Origin: an uncultured delta proteobacterium
Lineage (GTDB): Bacteria > Desulfobacterota > Desulfuromonadia > Desulfuromonadales > BM103
Assembly: GCA_963715335.1 (NCBI GenBank)
Contig: CAVQRZ010000006.1
Coordinates: forward strand, 64,001 to 128,000
Direction of reading: 5' to 3'
DNA: 64,000 bases
Shown here: positions 37,506 through 48,235 of the stretch, piece by piece
Layout: every line of letters starts with the position of its first letter
How positions within the stretch are numbered: the first letter of the stretch is position 1
Notes under the pieces: model-generated
What the model was told of the DNA's origin: nothing
The model's input: the letters and a program-made list of their open reading frames with translations, nothing else
Database searches by the model: none
Position numbers and translations under genes: made by a program

Positions 37506-40500
37506 TCAGTCCTCTTCTTCCAGCAACTCGACGTCGAGACAGAGTGCCTGAAGCTCTTTGATAAGGACGTTGAACGATTCCGGGAGACCCGCTTCAAGGG
37601 TATGCTTGCCCTTGACGATCGCCTCGTAAATCCGGGTCCGGCCGGCCACGTCATCCGACTTGACCGTAAGGAATTCCTGCAGGGCGTGAGCTGCACCGTA
37701 AGCTTCCATAGCCCAGACCTCCATCTCACCGAGCCGCTGGCCGCCGAACTGGGCCTTACCGCCCAGCGGCTGTTGGGTGACCAGGCTGTAGGGGCCGATA
37801 CTACGGGCATGGATCTTATCGTCAACCAGGTGATGCAGCTTGAGCATGTACATGATGCCGACGGTGACCTTCTCCTTGAAGGCTTCGCCGGTCCGTCCAT
37901 CATGCAGGGTCATCTGCCCGTCAAGGGGCATACCCGCACGCTCCAGCTCGATTTTGATCTGGTCTTCGTGGACACCTTCAAAGACCGGGGACGCCATGGG
38001 GATGCCATGACTGAGCCGGCGAGCCAGACTGAGGACATCTTCATCACTCAGTTCATCGATGAAAGTGTTCAGCTCCTTGTTGCCGTAGATGTCCTTGATC
38101 TGCTTGCGCAGCTTTTTCGGCTCCGTCATCTTGTCGATTGCGGCCTGGATCTGCTCACCAAGGAAGCGTGAGGCCAAGCCAAGATGGGTCTCCAGAATCT
38201 GACCGACGTTCATACGTGACGGGACACCGAGCGGGTTAAGCACGATTTCAACCGGAGTGCCATCCGCCATGTAAGGCATGTCTTCTTCGGGCAGGATCCG
38301 CGACAGGACACCTTTGTTACCATGGCGGCCGGCCATCTTGTCACCAACCGAGAGCTTACGCTTGATGGCGATGTAGACCTTGACCATCTTGATAACGCCC
38401 GGAGGCAGGTCATCGCCGCGCTTGAGCTTTTCAATCTTGTCGGCGAAGACGGTTTTGATGATCTCCTCCCGCTCCCGCAGACGTCTTGATGTTTCAGTAA
38501 CCCTGGCTTCGGCCTTTTCGTCAGACAGGGAAATTTCGCCCCAGAGGCTGAACGGAATCGATTCGAGCGCCTTGATGGTAATCTTGTGACCCTTCGGCAG
38601 CAAGGTCTTGCCGTCACGATCCTTGACCGGCACTGAGACCGCCTGGTCGTTCAACAGGGCCGCCAGCTTGCGTTGGGCAGACTCCCGGATGATGCGTATT
38701 TCATCGTTCTGGTCCTTGAGCAGCTTGTCAATTTCGGTCTGCTCAATAAACTCGGTGCGGGTATCCTTGTCCAGGCCCTTACGGGAGAAGACCCGGGCAC
38801 CGATGACCACCCCTTCGACACCAGGCGGCACACGCAGCGAGGTATCCCGCACATCACCGGCTTTTTCACCGAAGATTGCGCGCAGGAGCTTCTCTTCCGG
38901 CGACAACTGGGTCTCACCTTTGGGTGTGATCTTGCCGACCAGGATATCGGTCGGTTTGACTTCCGCGCCGATCCGGATGATGCCGCTTTCGTCGAGGTTG
39001 CGCAGTGCATCTTCGCCGAGGTTGGGGATATCGTCGGTGATCTCTTCCTTGCCCAGCTTGGTATCGCGGGCAACACACTCGAACTCCTCGACATGAATCG
39101 AGGTATAGCGATCTTCTTTGACCAGCTTCTCGGAGATCAGGATCGAGTCCTCGAAGTTGTAACCGCCCCAAGGCATAAAGGCGACCAGAACGTTCTGCCC
39201 AAGGGCCAATTCGCCCCACTGGGTGGAAGGCCCGTCGGCGATGATCTCGCCACGCTTGACCTTATCGCCGACCTTGACAATCGGTTTCTGGTTGAGGCAG
39301 GTGTTCTGGTTGGAACGGATAAACTTGATCAGGTTGTAGATATCAACGCCGGTGCCTGTTTCATCGACCTCGTTGTCGTCGATCTTGACGACGATGCGGC
39401 CAGCGTCAACATTTTCGACAACACCATTGTGGCGGGCAACGACTGCAGAGCCGGAGTCGTGGGCGACAATCCGCTCCATACCTGTCCCGACCAGCGGAGC
39501 ATCGGCACGCAGCAGGGGCACAGCCTGTCGCTGCATGTTGGAACCCATCAGGGCACGGTTCGCATCGTCATTCTCCAGGAACGGGATGAGAGCCGCAGCA
39601 ACTGAGACCAGCTGCTTGGGCGACACGTCCATCAGTTCGATCTCGCCCTGGTTGATGAGCATGAACTCACCGTTCTTCCGAGCGTTGACCAATTCATTAA
39701 CGAAGCAGTTTTTCTTGTCGAGCGGGGCGTTGGCCTGAGCGATTGCGTGCCCCTCTTCCTCGAGTGCCGAGAAATATTGGATCTCGTTTGAGACCTTGCC
39801 GTCCTTGACAATGCGGTAGGGCGTCTCGACGAAACCGTGGACATTGATCCGGGCATAGGTCGACAGTGACGCAATCAGACCGATGTTCGGACCTTCGGGA
39901 GTCTCAATCGGGCAAACACGGCCATAGTGCGTCGCATGCACGTCACGGACTTCAAAACCTGCACGTTCGCGGGTCAGACCGCCGGGTCCGAGAGCCGAGA
40001 GGCGGCGTTTGTGGGTAATTTCAGAAAGCGGGTTGGTCTGGTCCATGAACTGGGAGAGCTGACTCGAGCCGAAGAACTCTTTGACCACGGCCGAGACCGG
40101 CTTGGAATTGATCAGGTCATGGGGCATCAGGCTGTCAACTTCCTGCAGGCTCATGCGCTCCTTGATTGCACGCTCCATGCGCACCAGGCCGACACGGTAC
40201 TGGTTCTCAAGCAGTTCGCCAACCGCACGCACGCGACGATTGCCGAGATGGTCAATGTCATCGATCTTGACCGGCAGATGGCGCGTATTCCCTTTGTCGT
40301 CAGAGACTTCCCAATCGTTGACACCGTTGCGCAGGTCGATCAGGTAGCGCACAACTTCGAGGATGTCTTCTTTGGTCAGGGTCGTTATCTCAAGAGGCAG
40401 CTTCAGCCCGAGCTTGTGATTCAGCTTGAGACGCCCGACCGTGGAGAGGTCATAGCGCTCCTCGTTGAAGAAGAGGCTCGAGAAAAGCGCGTCTGAGCTC

Positions 40501-41657
40501 TTGAGAGTCGGCGGATCACCGGGGCGCAGGCGACGGTAGATCTCGACCTTGGCTTCTTCGGGCGAGGCGACCTTATCCTGCAGCAGAGTGTCGCGCAGGA
40601 AGGGGCCGACATACATGTGGTCAATAAAGAGGACCGTGAAGCGGTTGATGCCGCGCTTGGCCAGTTCTTCAAGCCTGGCGGCGGTCATCTCTTCATTGCA
40701 CTCGACGACAACTTCACCAGTCGCTTTGTCAATGATGTCCGTCGAAGAAATCTTGCCGATGACCTCCTCTTCCGGGACATCAATAAACTCGATCTTCTTT
40801 TCATCGATTTTGCGGATTGCCGACTTGGTGAATTTACGGTTGGCCTTGACCAGCACCTCGCCATCGGCGTCAAACACATCGACGGTGGTCCGCTGCCCGA
40901 GAAGGAGCTGGGTATTGACCTTCTTGCGATAGATGCCATCTTCAACGAAGATTTCATCTGTATCGTAATAGTGATTCAGGAGCTCCTCGGCAGAGAAGCC
41001 CAGGGCTTTCAAAAGTACGGTCGCCGGCAGCTTGCGGCGACGGTCGATTCGTACAAAAAGGATATCTTTATGATCAAAATCGAAATCGAGCCAGGAACCC
41101 CGGTACGGGATCACCCGGGCGCTGTAAAGCACCTTGCCGCTCGAGTGCGTCTTGCCCTTGTCGTGGTCGAAAAAGACCCCGGGCGAACGATGCAGCTGAC
41201 TGACAATGACACGTTCAGTACCATTGATGATGAAAGTACCGTTTTCCGTCATCAGTGGAATTTCACCGAAATAGACTTCCTGCTCCTTGATGTCGCGGAT
41301 CGACTGTACGCCGGATTCCTTATCGACATCCCAGGAGACCAGTCGCACCTTGACCTTCATCGGGGCGGCAAAAGTCATCCCCCTCTGGTGGCACTCCTCG
41401 ACATCGTACTTCGGGGTGCCCAGCGAGTATTCAACATACTCAAGGGAGCAGGTTTCACTAAAATCCCGGATCGGGAAGACCGAGCGGAAGACCGCCTCGA
41501 CGCCGATGTTCTGGCGAGCGGTCGCAGGCAGATCCGCCTGCAGGAAACGCTGATAGGAATTCTTTTGGATATCAATCAGGTTAGGGATATCGATGATCCG
41601 CTTGATTTCCTGAAAGTGTTTCCTAAGAAGCTGGTTATTCGCAATCGAATAAGCCAT
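37506..41657 (-). CDS. rpoB: RNA polymerase beta subunit
   Basis: [50 protein letters not shown]. Confidence 0.99.
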   Translation of the reverse strand: MAYSIANNQLLRKHFQEIKRIIDIPNLIDIQKNSYQRFLQADLPATARQNIGVEAVFRSVFPIRDFSETCSLEYVEYSLGTPKYDVEECHQRGMTFAAPMKVKVRLVSWDVDKESGVQSIRDIKEQEVYFGEIPLMTENGTFIINGTERVIVSQLHRSPGVFFDHDKGKTHSSGKVLYSARVIPYRGSWLDFDFDHKDILFVRIDRRRKLPATVLLKALGFSAEELLNHYYDTDEIFVEDGIYRKKVNTQLLLGQRTTVDVFDADGEVLVKANRKFTKSAIRKIDEKKIEFIDVPEEEVIGKISSTDIIDKATGEVVVECNEEMTAARLEELAKRGINRFTVLFIDHMYVGPFLRDTLLQDKVASPEEAKVEIYRRLRPGDPPTLKSSDALFSSLFFNEERYDLSTVGRLKLNHKLGLKLPLEITTLTKEDILEVVRYLIDLRNGVNDWEVSDDKGNTRHLPVKIDDIDHLGNRRVRAVGELLENQYRVGLVRMERAIKERMSLQEVDSLMPHDLINSKPVSAVVKEFFGSSQLSQFMDQTNPLSEITHKRRLSALGPGGLTRERAGFEVRDVHATHYGRVCPIETPEGPNIGLIASLSTYARINVHGFVETPYRIVKDGKVSNEIQYFSALEEEGHAIAQANAPLDKKNCFVNELVNARKNGEFMLINQGEIELMDVSPKQLVSVAAALIPFLENDDANRALMGSNMQRQAVPLLRADAPLVGTGMERIVAHDSGSAVVARHNGVVENVDAGRIVVKIDDNEVDETGTGVDIYNLIKFIRSNQNTCLNQKPIVKVGDKVKRGEIIADGPSTQWGELALGQNVLVAFMPWGGYNFEDSILISEKLVKEDRYTSIHVEEFECVARDTKLGKEEITDDIPNLGEDALRNLDESGIIRIGAEVKPTDILVGKITPKGETQLSPEEKLLRAIFGEKAGDVRDTSLRVPPGVEGVVIGARVFSRKGLDKDTRTEFIEQTEIDKLLKDQNDEIRIIRESAQRKLAALLNDQAVSVPVKDRDGKTLLPKGHKITIKALESIPFSLWGEISLSDEKAEARVTETSRRLREREEIIKTVFADKIEKLKRGDDLPPGVIKMVKVYIAIKRKLSVGDKMAGRHGNKGVLSRILPEEDMPYMADGTPVEIVLNPLGVPSRMNVGQILETHLGLASRFLGEQIQAAIDKMTEPKKLRKQIKDIYGNKELNTFIDELSDEDVLSLARRLSHGIPMASPVFEGVHEDQIKIELERAGMPLDGQMTLHDGRTGEAFKEKVTVGIMYMLKLHHLVDDKIHARSIGPYSLVTQQPLGGKAQFGGQRLGEMEVWAMEAYGAAHALQEFLTVKSDDVAGRTRIYEAIVKGKHTLEAGLPESFNVLIKELQALCLDVELLEEED

Positions 41658-41689
41658 GGTGTCTCCTCATTATGTTGACTAAAGTATAA

Positions 41690-41720
41690 TAGCCAAGGCC
41701 ACTCAAGGTGGCCTTGGCTA
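41690..41720 (-). terminator. Hairpin/attenuator between rplL and rpoB
   Basis: TAGCCAAGGCCAC-TCAAG-GTGGCCTTGGCTA perfect 13-bp stem followed by a weak U-tract on the minus strand. Confidence 0.7.
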
Positions 41721-41745
41721 GGACGTGATTATCCGAGACGGGCTA

Positions 41746-42132
41746 CTACTTGAGCTCCACGCTGGCGCCAGCTTCTTCCAGCTGGGTCTTGATGCCTTCG
41801 GCTTCTTCCTTGCCCGCGGCTTCTTTGACAGTGTTAGGGGCGCCGTCGACCAGGTCCTTGGCTTCTTTCAGGCCCAGACCGGTGATCGCACGCACAACCT
41901 TGATGACATTGATCTTCTTGTCGCCGACAGCAGTGAGCACGACATCAAATTCGGTCTTCTCTTCTTCAGCGGCAGCCTCGCCACCGCCGGCCGGTCCAGC
42001 GGCAGCAACTGCAACAGGTGCAGCAGCAGAGACGCCGAATTTTTCTTCCAGTTCCTTGACCATTTCAGCCAACTCAAGGACGCTCATCTTCTCGATGAAT
42101 TCAATAACCTGTTCTTTAGTGATTGCAGCCAT
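41746..42132 (-). CDS. rplL: 50S ribosomal protein L7/L12
   Basis: [30 protein letters not shown]. Confidence 0.99.
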   Translation of the reverse strand: MAAITKEQVIEFIEKMSVLELAEMVKELEEKFGVSAAAPVAVAAAGPAGGGEAAAEEEKTEFDVVLTAVGDKKINVIKVVRAITGLGLKEAKDLVDGAPNTVKEAAGKEEAEGIKTQLEEAGASVELK

Positions 42133-42201
42133 TTTCTGTATCCTCCGTAATCCTGTATCGATATTTTTTAGATTGTTAATTTGATGTCAGCCAGAGCAAT
42201 C

Positions 42202-42723
42202 TCAGGCCGCTTCCTTCTGGTCCTTGATCGCAGCCAAAACCTGTACGAACGAGCGTGGTACTGCGGCCAGAACACCGACAAAGTTGGTTGCCGGAGCACT
42301 CATTGAGCCCAGCATCTTGGCCAGCAGTTGTTCGCGGCTCGGCAGGTCCGACAACGCCTTGATCGCATTGGCGTCAAGCAGTTTACCATCGAGCATTCCC
42401 GCCTTCAGTTCGAAGACTCCGTGCTTTTTGGCAAAATCCACCAGAGCCTTGGCGGGAGCAACCGGGTCATCCTTGACCAAGGCGATAGCGGTCGGTCCGC
42501 TCAGGTACTTGTCGAGACAACCCGCGTCGGTATCCTTTGCCGCCAGGCGTAGCAGGGTGTTTTTGACAACGCGGTACTCAACCCCGAGTTCCCGGAGCTT
42601 GTTCCGCAAATCATTGGCCTGGTCTACGTCCAGGCCGCGATAGTCCGCCAGAAAAGCAGCCTTGGCTTCCTTGAGTTTTTGCGCAAATTCCGCGACCAGA
42701 GTTTCTTTGCTTTGTTTATTCAA
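42202..42723 (-). CDS. rplJ: 50S ribosomal protein L10
   Basis: DYRGL, VVKNTL, LPSREQL. Confidence 0.98.
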   Translation of the reverse strand: MNKQSKETLVAEFAQKLKEAKAAFLADYRGLDVDQANDLRNKLRELGVEYRVVKNTLLRLAAKDTDAGCLDKYLSGPTAIALVKDDPVAPAKALVDFAKKHGVFELKAGMLDGKLLDANAIKALSDLPSREQLLAKMLGSMSAPATNFVGVLAAVPRSFVQVLAAIKDQKEAA

Positions 42724-42824
42724 CGTCTCTCCTCCTTTCCTTGTAGATTTCAGAGCTAATGACTTAGCTCCTCATCCCAGCCTTCATGAAGGTGAAGAAG
42801 AGACCGCATGTCTCATACACCATC

Positions 42825-42885
42825 CATCTCGCCTCGGCAGGTGGTCTCGCCATTAAACCGTTAAGTACCTGCTGTCTGTGGCCAG
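42825..42885 (-). promoter_or_regulatory. L10 leader (ribosomal protein autoregulatory RNA), core region
   Basis: Minus strand AGACAGCAGGT...TTAA...ACCTGCCGAGG kink-turn-like motif upstream of rplJ. Boundaries approximate. Confidence 0.75.
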
Positions 42886-42941
42886 GACTTGCTTTATCCT
42901 GTGATGCCGCACCACAAGTGTGATGCGACTTGATGCCTGTC

Positions 42942-43643
42942 TTACTTGGCCAGCGCCTGCAACTCGGGGACGTCGACATTGACACCGGGTCCCATGGTTG
43001 CGGAGATTGTCACTTTCTTTACGTAGGTACCCTTGGCGGTAGACGGCTTGGCCTTAATCAGGGCGTCCATCAGGGTAACCAGGTTGCCCTTGAGTTTCTC
43101 AGCATCAAAGGAAACCTTGCCGACCGGGGCATGCACGATGCCAGCCTTTTCTGCACGGTACTCGACCTTGCCCGACTTTGCTTCACTGACGGCCCGGGCG
43201 ATCTCAAAGGTAACCGTGCCAACCTTGGGGTTGGGCATCAGGCTGCGGGGGCCGAGCAGCTTGCCGATCTTGCCGACGGTGCCCATCATGTCAGGTGTGG
43301 CTATGGCGGTATCAAAATCGAACCAGCCACCCTTGATCTTCTCGACCAGGTCGTCGCCACCAACATAGTCAGCGCCGGCTTCCTGGGCCTCCAGAGCCTT
43401 TTCCCCTTTGGCAAAAACCAGCACCCGGATCGTCTTGCCGAGACCATTTGGCAGCACCACGGCGCCACGGACCATCTGGTCGGCCTTACGGGGGTCAACA
43501 CCGAGCTTTACCGAGACATCGACCGACTCGTCGAATTTGGCGTAAGCCGTTTCCTTAACCAGGGCCAACGCCTCGTCAACTGTATAGATCCTGGTACGGT
43601 CGATCTTGTCCTTGGACGCTTTGAACTGTTTTCCTGTCGCCAT
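42942..43643 (-). CDS. rplA: 50S ribosomal protein L1
   Basis: [27 protein letters not shown]. Confidence 0.99.
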   Translation of the reverse strand: MATGKQFKASKDKIDRTRIYTVDEALALVKETAYAKFDESVDVSVKLGVDPRKADQMVRGAVVLPNGLGKTIRVLVFAKGEKALEAQEAGADYVGGDDLVEKIKGGWFDFDTAIATPDMMGTVGKIGKLLGPRSLMPNPKVGTVTFEIARAVSEAKSGKVEYRAEKAGIVHAPVGKVSFDAEKLKGNLVTLMDALIKAKPSTAKGTYVKKVTISATMGPGVNVDVPELQALAK

Positions 43644-43675
43644 TGTCTATCTTCTCCGCGTTCAGCGTGTAGTAA

Positions 43676-44101
43676 TTAAGCTACAACTTCGAGGCCCATG
43701 CTCCGCGCAGTTCCTTCTATAATGCGCATGGCACCCTCGATATTATAAGCATTGAGGTCGGGCATCTTGAGCTTGGCGATTTCCGCGACCTGCGCCTTGG
43801 TGACCTTGCCGACTTTGGTCTTGTTCGGCACACCGGAACCCTTGGGAATCTTGGCAGCCCGTAGCAAAAGCACCGACGCCGGTGGGGTCTTGGTGATAAA
43901 GGTGAAAGAGCGGTCAGCGAAGACCGTAATGATGACCGGGATAATCAGGCCTTCCTGGTCCTGGGTTCTGGCATTGTAAGCCTTGCAGAACTCCATGATG
44001 TTCACGCCGTGCTGACCCAGTGCCGGGCCGACCGGAGGTGAAGGATTTGCCTTACCGGCAGTGATCTGCAGTTTTATCTGTCCAATAACCTTTTTGGCCA
44101 T
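43676..44101 (-). CDS. rplK: 50S ribosomal protein L11
   Basis: [33 protein letters not shown]. Confidence 0.99.
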   Translation of the reverse strand: MAKKVIGQIKLQITAGKANPSPPVGPALGQHGVNIMEFCKAYNARTQDQEGLIIPVIITVFADRSFTFITKTPPASVLLLRAAKIPKGSGVPNKTKVGKVTKAQVAEIAKLKMPDLNAYNIEGAMRIIEGTARSMGLEVVA

Positions 44102-44134
44102 GAATTGACTCCTTAACTATATTCCGCCAGAAAC

Positions 44135-44671
44135 TCAGCTGGTCTTTTCAACCTGGATAAACTCAAGCTCAACCGGGGTAACCCGGCCAAAGATGCTGAC
44201 CATGACCTTGAGCTTGGCCTTGTCAGGTTTAACATCTTCAACAATGCCGGTGAAATTCAGGAACGGCCCATCGATAACCCGCACCGTTTCACCAACTTCA
44301 AATTCGACTTTCGGCTTCGGCCGCTCTACGCCCTCTTCCATGCGCCTGGTGATTTTGGCCACTTCCTCATCAGGAATCGGCGGAGGGGTTGTTCCACCGC
44401 CGACGAAGCCGGTCACCTTGGGCGTATCCTTGACGATATGCCAGGTTTCACTGTTCAGCTCGACGTGAATCAGAATATAGCCGGGGAAAAACTTGCGGGT
44501 AGAGGTCTTGCGCTCACCATTCTTGAGCTCCACCACGGTTTCCGAGGGGATCAGAACCTCACCGAAGAACTCCTCCGCGCCTAAAGAGCGGATCCGTTCC
44601 TCAAGGTTGAGTTTGACCTTGTTCTCGTAACCTGAATAGGTATGTACTCCGTACCACTTCTTCTCGCCCAT
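44135..44671 (-). CDS. nusG: Transcription termination/antitermination factor NusG
   Basis: WYGVHTYSGYENKV, FPGY, GPF, IFGRVTPVEL (alternative start 44680). Confidence 0.98.
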   Translation of the reverse strand: MGEKKWYGVHTYSGYENKVKLNLEERIRSLGAEEFFGEVLIPSETVVELKNGERKTSTRKFFPGYILIHVELNSETWHIVKDTPKVTGFVGGGTTPPPIPDEEVAKITRRMEEGVERPKPKVEFEVGETVRVIDGPFLNFTGIVEDVKPDKAKLKVMVSIFGRVTPVELEFIQVEKTS

Positions 44672-44688
44672 GGGATTCACTCGGTCTC

Positions 44689-44874
44689 TCAGTTGAGCAA
44701 GGTCTGGATCAGTGCTGACAGGCCTGTGTCAACGATCCATAAGAAAACTGCCACCAGCAGGACAAGTACGACGACAACCACCGTCGATCCGTAAGTTTCC
44801 TTGCGGGTGGGCCAGGTAACCTTCTGCAGCTCAGCTTTGACCTGTTGAAGAAATTCGGTAACCTTGAAATTCAC
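44689..44874 (-). CDS. secE: Preprotein translocase SecE
   Basis: ELQKVTWPTRKE plus one TM helix; located between tRNA-Trp and nusG. Confidence 0.97.
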   Translation of the reverse strand: MNFKVTEFLQQVKAELQKVTWPTRKETYGSTVVVVVLVLLVAVFLWIVDTGLSALIQTLLN

Positions 44875-44912
44875 TATCGCAACCTGTATGTAGGATTAAC
44901 GTTAAAGTTATT

Positions 44913-44989
44913 TGGCAGGCCAGGTAGGATTCGAACCTACAACACCCGGTTTTGGAGACCGGTGCTCTAGCCGTTAGAGCTACTGGCCT
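44913..44989 (-). tRNA. tRNA-Trp(CCA)
   Basis: AGGCCAGTAGCTCTAACGG...CT CCA AA...GGTTCGAATCC...CTGGCCTGCCA, 77 nt. Confidence 0.97.
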
Positions 44990-45028
44990 GCAACCTCAAA
45001 CAACAACTTGCCCGATTGCACCCTAAGC

Positions 45029-45178
45029 CTACTTGGTCTCTTTATGGACCGTGTGCTTACGGCAGAAACGGCAGTACTTCTTGAACTCCAGCTTGTCAGG
45101 AGTATTCTTTTTGTTCTTGGTCGTCGTGTAGTTGCGCTGCTTGCATTCGGTGCAAGCAAGGGTCACTATATCGCGCAT
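45029..45178 (-). CDS. rpmG: 50S ribosomal protein L33 (Zn-type)
   Basis: Manual translation [49 protein letters not shown]. Confidence 0.98.
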   Translation of the reverse strand: MRDIVTLACTECKQRNYTTTKNKKNTPDKLEFKKYCRFCRKHTVHKETK

Positions 45179-45248
45179 TGATTTATCCTCGGCGCCCGCT
45201 CTGTAAAGGACGGGCGCCTGCTTATGTTAAAATTCAGGAACAGCGAAG

Positions 45249-46448
45249 TTACTCAACAATATCGCTGACGACACCGGCGCCAACCGTGCGGCCACCTTCG
45301 CGGATTGCGAAGCGCAGTTCTTTGTCCATGGCGATCGGGGTGATCAGGTCGACAGTGATCGCTATGTTATCACCAGGCATGACCATCTCGGTCCCTTCCG
45401 GAAGCTCGACAATACCCGTTACGTCCGTCGTACGGAAGTAGAACTGCGGGCGGTAACCTTTGAAGAACGGGGTATGACGACCACCTTCCTCCTTGGTCAG
45501 GATGTAGGCTTCCGCCTTGAACTTGGTGTGCGGGGTAATGCTGCCCGGCTTCGCCAGGACCTGGCCACGCTCGATATCTTCACGTTTCACACCGCGCAGA
45601 AGAATCCCGCAGTTATCACCGGCCTGACCCTGGTCCAGAAGCTTGCGGAACATCTCGACACCCGTCACGACCGACTTGGCGGTATCCTTGATGCCGACGA
45701 TCGCAACTTCTTCGCCAACCTTGATGATGCCGCGCTCGACACGACCCGTAGCAACCGTGCCGCGACCGGAAATCGAGAACACGTCCTCGACCGGCATCAG
45801 GAACGGACGATCAATCGCACGCTCAGGCTCGGGGATGTACGAGTCGCACTGGCGCATCAGCTCCAGGACCGGCTCACAGGCGGCGCAGCCGTCGACGCCA
45901 CAGCCGCACTCAAGGGCCTTCAGGGCGCTGCCGGGAATGATCGGAAGATCGTCACCGGGGAACTCGTAGGAGGAGAGCAGTTCACGGATCTCCAGCTCTA
46001 CCAGCTCCATCAGTTCTTCGTCATCGACCATATCAGCCTTGTTCAAAAAAACCACCATCGCGGGCACGCCAACCTGACGGGCAAGCAGGATGTGCTCGCG
46101 GGTCTGGGGCATCGGGCCGTCGGCAGCCGAGACCACCAGGATTGCACCGTCCATCTGCGCGGCGCCGGTGATCATGTTCTTAACGTAGTCAGCATGACCC
46201 GGGCAGTCGACGTGGGCGTAGTGACGGTTCTGCGTCTCGTACTCAACGTGTGCCGTGGCGATCGTGATACCGCGCTCACGCTCCTCGGGAGCGTTGTCGA
46301 TCTGATCGAACGCTTTAAATACAGCGCCGCCTCGCGAGGACAGCACGTTCGTGATTGCTGCCGTCAAAGTCGTCTTGCCGTGGTCAACGTGACCGATCGT
46401 CCCAATGTTGACATGGGGCTTAGTCCGTTCAAACTTGGCTTTGGCCAT
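45249..46448 (-). CDS. tuf: Elongation factor Tu (tRNA-cluster copy)
   Basis: Protein identical to the 28935-30134 copy. ATG at 46448 follows a GGGAGG SD. Confidence 0.99.
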   Translation of the reverse strand: MAKAKFERTKPHVNIGTIGHVDHGKTTLTAAITNVLSSRGGAVFKAFDQIDNAPEERERGITIATAHVEYETQNRHYAHVDCPGHADYVKNMITGAAQMDGAILVVSAADGPMPQTREHILLARQVGVPAMVVFLNKADMVDDEELMELVELEIRELLSSYEFPGDDLPIIPGSALKALECGCGVDGCAACEPVLELMRQCDSYIPEPERAIDRPFLMPVEDVFSISGRGTVATGRVERGIIKVGEEVAIVGIKDTAKSVVTGVEMFRKLLDQGQAGDNCGILLRGVKREDIERGQVLAKPGSITPHTKFKAEAYILTKEEGGRHTPFFKGYRPQFYFRTTDVTGIVELPEGTEMVMPGDNIAITVDLITPIAMDKELRFAIREGGRTVGAGVVSDIVE

Positions 46449-46600
46449 TGCGTTTTCCTCCCTTGTTTGCGTCTGCTGCTTTATAATGTCTTTTTTGTTT
46501 GCCGGCAGATCGACATCCTGAGATATCAACCCTGCTGGCTCCACCTGATGGAAACGAAGTCAATTTTGTAACCGCCCCGCTCTGTTAATGAGTTGTGATG

Positions 46601-46676
46601 TGGAGCCCACAATCGGATTTGAACCGATGACCTCATCCTTACCAAGGATGTGCTCTACCTACTGAGCTATGTGGGC
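46601..46676 (-). tRNA. tRNA-Thr(GGT)
   Basis: GCCCACATAGCTCAG...TT GGT AA...GGTTCAAATCC...GTGGGCTCCA. Confidence 0.97.
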
Positions 46677-46716
46677 CCGTTGAGTCATCATCACCCAGGC
46701 AAGGCAATTAATAAAT

Positions 46717-46793
46717 TGGAGCGGGAAACGGGATTCGAACCCGCGACCCTCAGCTTGGAAGGCTGATGCTCTAGCCAACTGAGCTACTCCCGC
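46717..46793 (-). tRNA. tRNA-Gly(TCC)
   Basis: GCGGGAGTAGCTCAG...CT TCC AA...GGTTCGAATCCC...CCCGCTCCA. Confidence 0.97.
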
Positions 46794-46929
46794 TTAGTGT
46801 CGTTTCGTTGGACTAAATGCCTAACCTATGAATCTTTCTCTTTGGAGTCCGGCAATTCCATTCTCGCAGTTTATTTCGGTCAAAAACCTCCTGCGCCAAA
46901 CAGCCCTGCTTTTCTCCGGCAAGTTTTAA

Positions 46930-47014
46930 TGGTGGAGGGGGGAGGATTCGAACCTCCGAAGTCTTCGACGTCAGATTTACAGTCTGATCCCTTTGGCCAC
47001 TCGGGAACCCCTCC
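46930..47014 (-). tRNA. tRNA-Tyr(GTA)
   Basis: GGAGGGGTTCCCGAGTGG...CT GTA AA..., long variable arm, ends CTCCACCA, 85 nt. Confidence 0.97.
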
Positions 47015-47066
47015 AGGGGATATCTTCTATTCAGTTTTAAGGGAGCCAGGCTCCCCGGCAGCTCAA

Positions 47067-47142
47067 TGGAGCTGGCGAGAGGAATCGAACCCCCAACATC
47101 CTCATTACAAGTGAGGTGCTCTGCCTATTGAGCTACGCCAGC
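47067..47142 (-). tRNA. tRNA-Thr(TGT)
   Basis: GCTGGCGTAGCTCAA...CT TGT AA...GGTTCGATTCC...GCCAGCTCCA. Confidence 0.97.
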
Positions 47143-47225
47143 ACAAGGGGCGTTATATACAACAGTGCTTGGCAAATTGCAAGTAAAAATTTACCAGATT
47201 TCATCGACGCCACCATAAGTGCGCA

Positions 47226-47254
47226 GTTATAACGAAAGCCCGGGCAAGTGTCAA
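47226..47254 (-). promoter_or_regulatory. sigma70 promoter of the tRNA-tuf operon
   Basis: Minus strand TTGACA-N17-TATAAC followed by a GC-rich discriminator (TGCGC). A second candidate TTGCAA...TATATAAC lies closer to tRNA-Thr. Confidence 0.7.
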
Positions 47255-47335
47255 ATAGCAAAGTCTCTTTTTTTCAGAAAAAACCTTTCAGCTTTTTCTG
47301 TTGACAATTATGACCGGTTTAGTTATAAATAAACC

Positions 47336-47395
47336 ACCATAGAAACCCGTTTATTTGGGGTGTCCCTTCCCCTCCTGAGGACACCCCATTTTTTT
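47336..47395 (+). ncRNA. Candidate ~60-nt small RNA with CCCCUCCU terminator loop
   Basis: Plus strand TTGACA(47301)-N17-TATAAA. Hairpin TGGGGTGTCC-CTTCCCCTCCTGA-GGACACCCCA then T7. No plus-strand gene upstream to explain the terminator. Confidence 0.5.
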
Positions 47396-47419
47396 GTCTG
47401 CCTCCCCACCCCTGACAGA

Positions 47420-48235
47420 TCATCTTCTGACACCTCCCAGGGTTGCTCCCGCTTTCTCCGAAACCAGACTCACACGCGGCGTACCCAGGATCGGATCTTC
47501 ATCGACAATCAGGTTGCAGCCGTAACTGTGCGTCAGCTGGCCATGGGTCAGGACCTGTCGCGGAGTGCCGATTTTTTCGACGACGCCATCCTTGAGGAGC
47601 ATCAACCGGTCCGCATATGCGGAGGCCAGATTGAGGTCGTGAGAGACCATGACGATGGTGATTTGCTCCTGCTGCCTGAGCCGCTCCATCAGATCCATGA
47701 TTCTCAGTTGATGGGCAGGATCAAGTGAAGCGGTCGGCTCATCCAGAAGCAGGACCTCAGATTGCTGACAGATCGCCCGGGCGATTATGACTCTCTGCCG
47801 TTCGCCGCCACTGAGTTGGCCGAGACGCCGGTTCGCAAGATGCAGCACCTCCGTGAACGCCATGGCCTGCTCGGCCAGTTCAAGGTCATGCCTGCCTTCC
47901 ACAGCCAGCAAACCCAGGTGCGGATAGCGGCCCATTATGACCGTTTCAGCGACAGTGAACGGAAATTCGGCATTGATCTGCTGCGGCACCATCGCCAGTG
48001 AGCGGGCCAGATCCTTTCTGGAATACTCACTAACAGGTCTCTGCCGAAGCAGAATATCTCCGGCAGACAAACGGTGCAGACCGGCCATCGCTTTGAGGAG
48101 GGTGGTCTTACCCGCACCGTTCGGGCCGATGATGACAAAGAACTCCCCTGCCTCGATTTGCACAGAGACGTTCCGGAGCACGTCTGATTGGCCATATTGC
48201 AGGCTGACGTTGCAGACCTCAATCAGGCCGCTCAT
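47420..48235 (-). CDS. Cobalamin/iron-chelate ABC transporter ATP-binding protein (BtuD-like)
   Basis: GPNGAGKTT, LSGGERQRV, LLLDEPT, HDLN. Confidence 0.92.
   Translation of the reverse strand: MSGLIEVCNVSLQYGQSDVLRNVSVQIEAGEFFVIIGPNGAGKTTLLKAMAGLHRLSAGDILLRQRPVSEYSRKDLARSLAMVPQQINAEFPFTVAETVIMGRYPHLGLLAVEGRHDLELAEQAMAFTEVLHLANRRLGQLSGGERQRVIIARAICQQSEVLLLDEPTASLDPAHQLRIMDLMERLRQQEQITIVMVSHDLNLASAYADRLMLLKDGVVEKIGTPRQVLTHGQLTHSYGCNLIVDEDPILGTPRVSLVSEKAGATLGGVRR

Noticed and set aside
46794..46929. Long tRNA-Tyr/tRNA-Gly spacer with a repeated TCCGGCAA 8-mer
   Set aside because: No tRNA remnant, att-like duplication or convincing structure.
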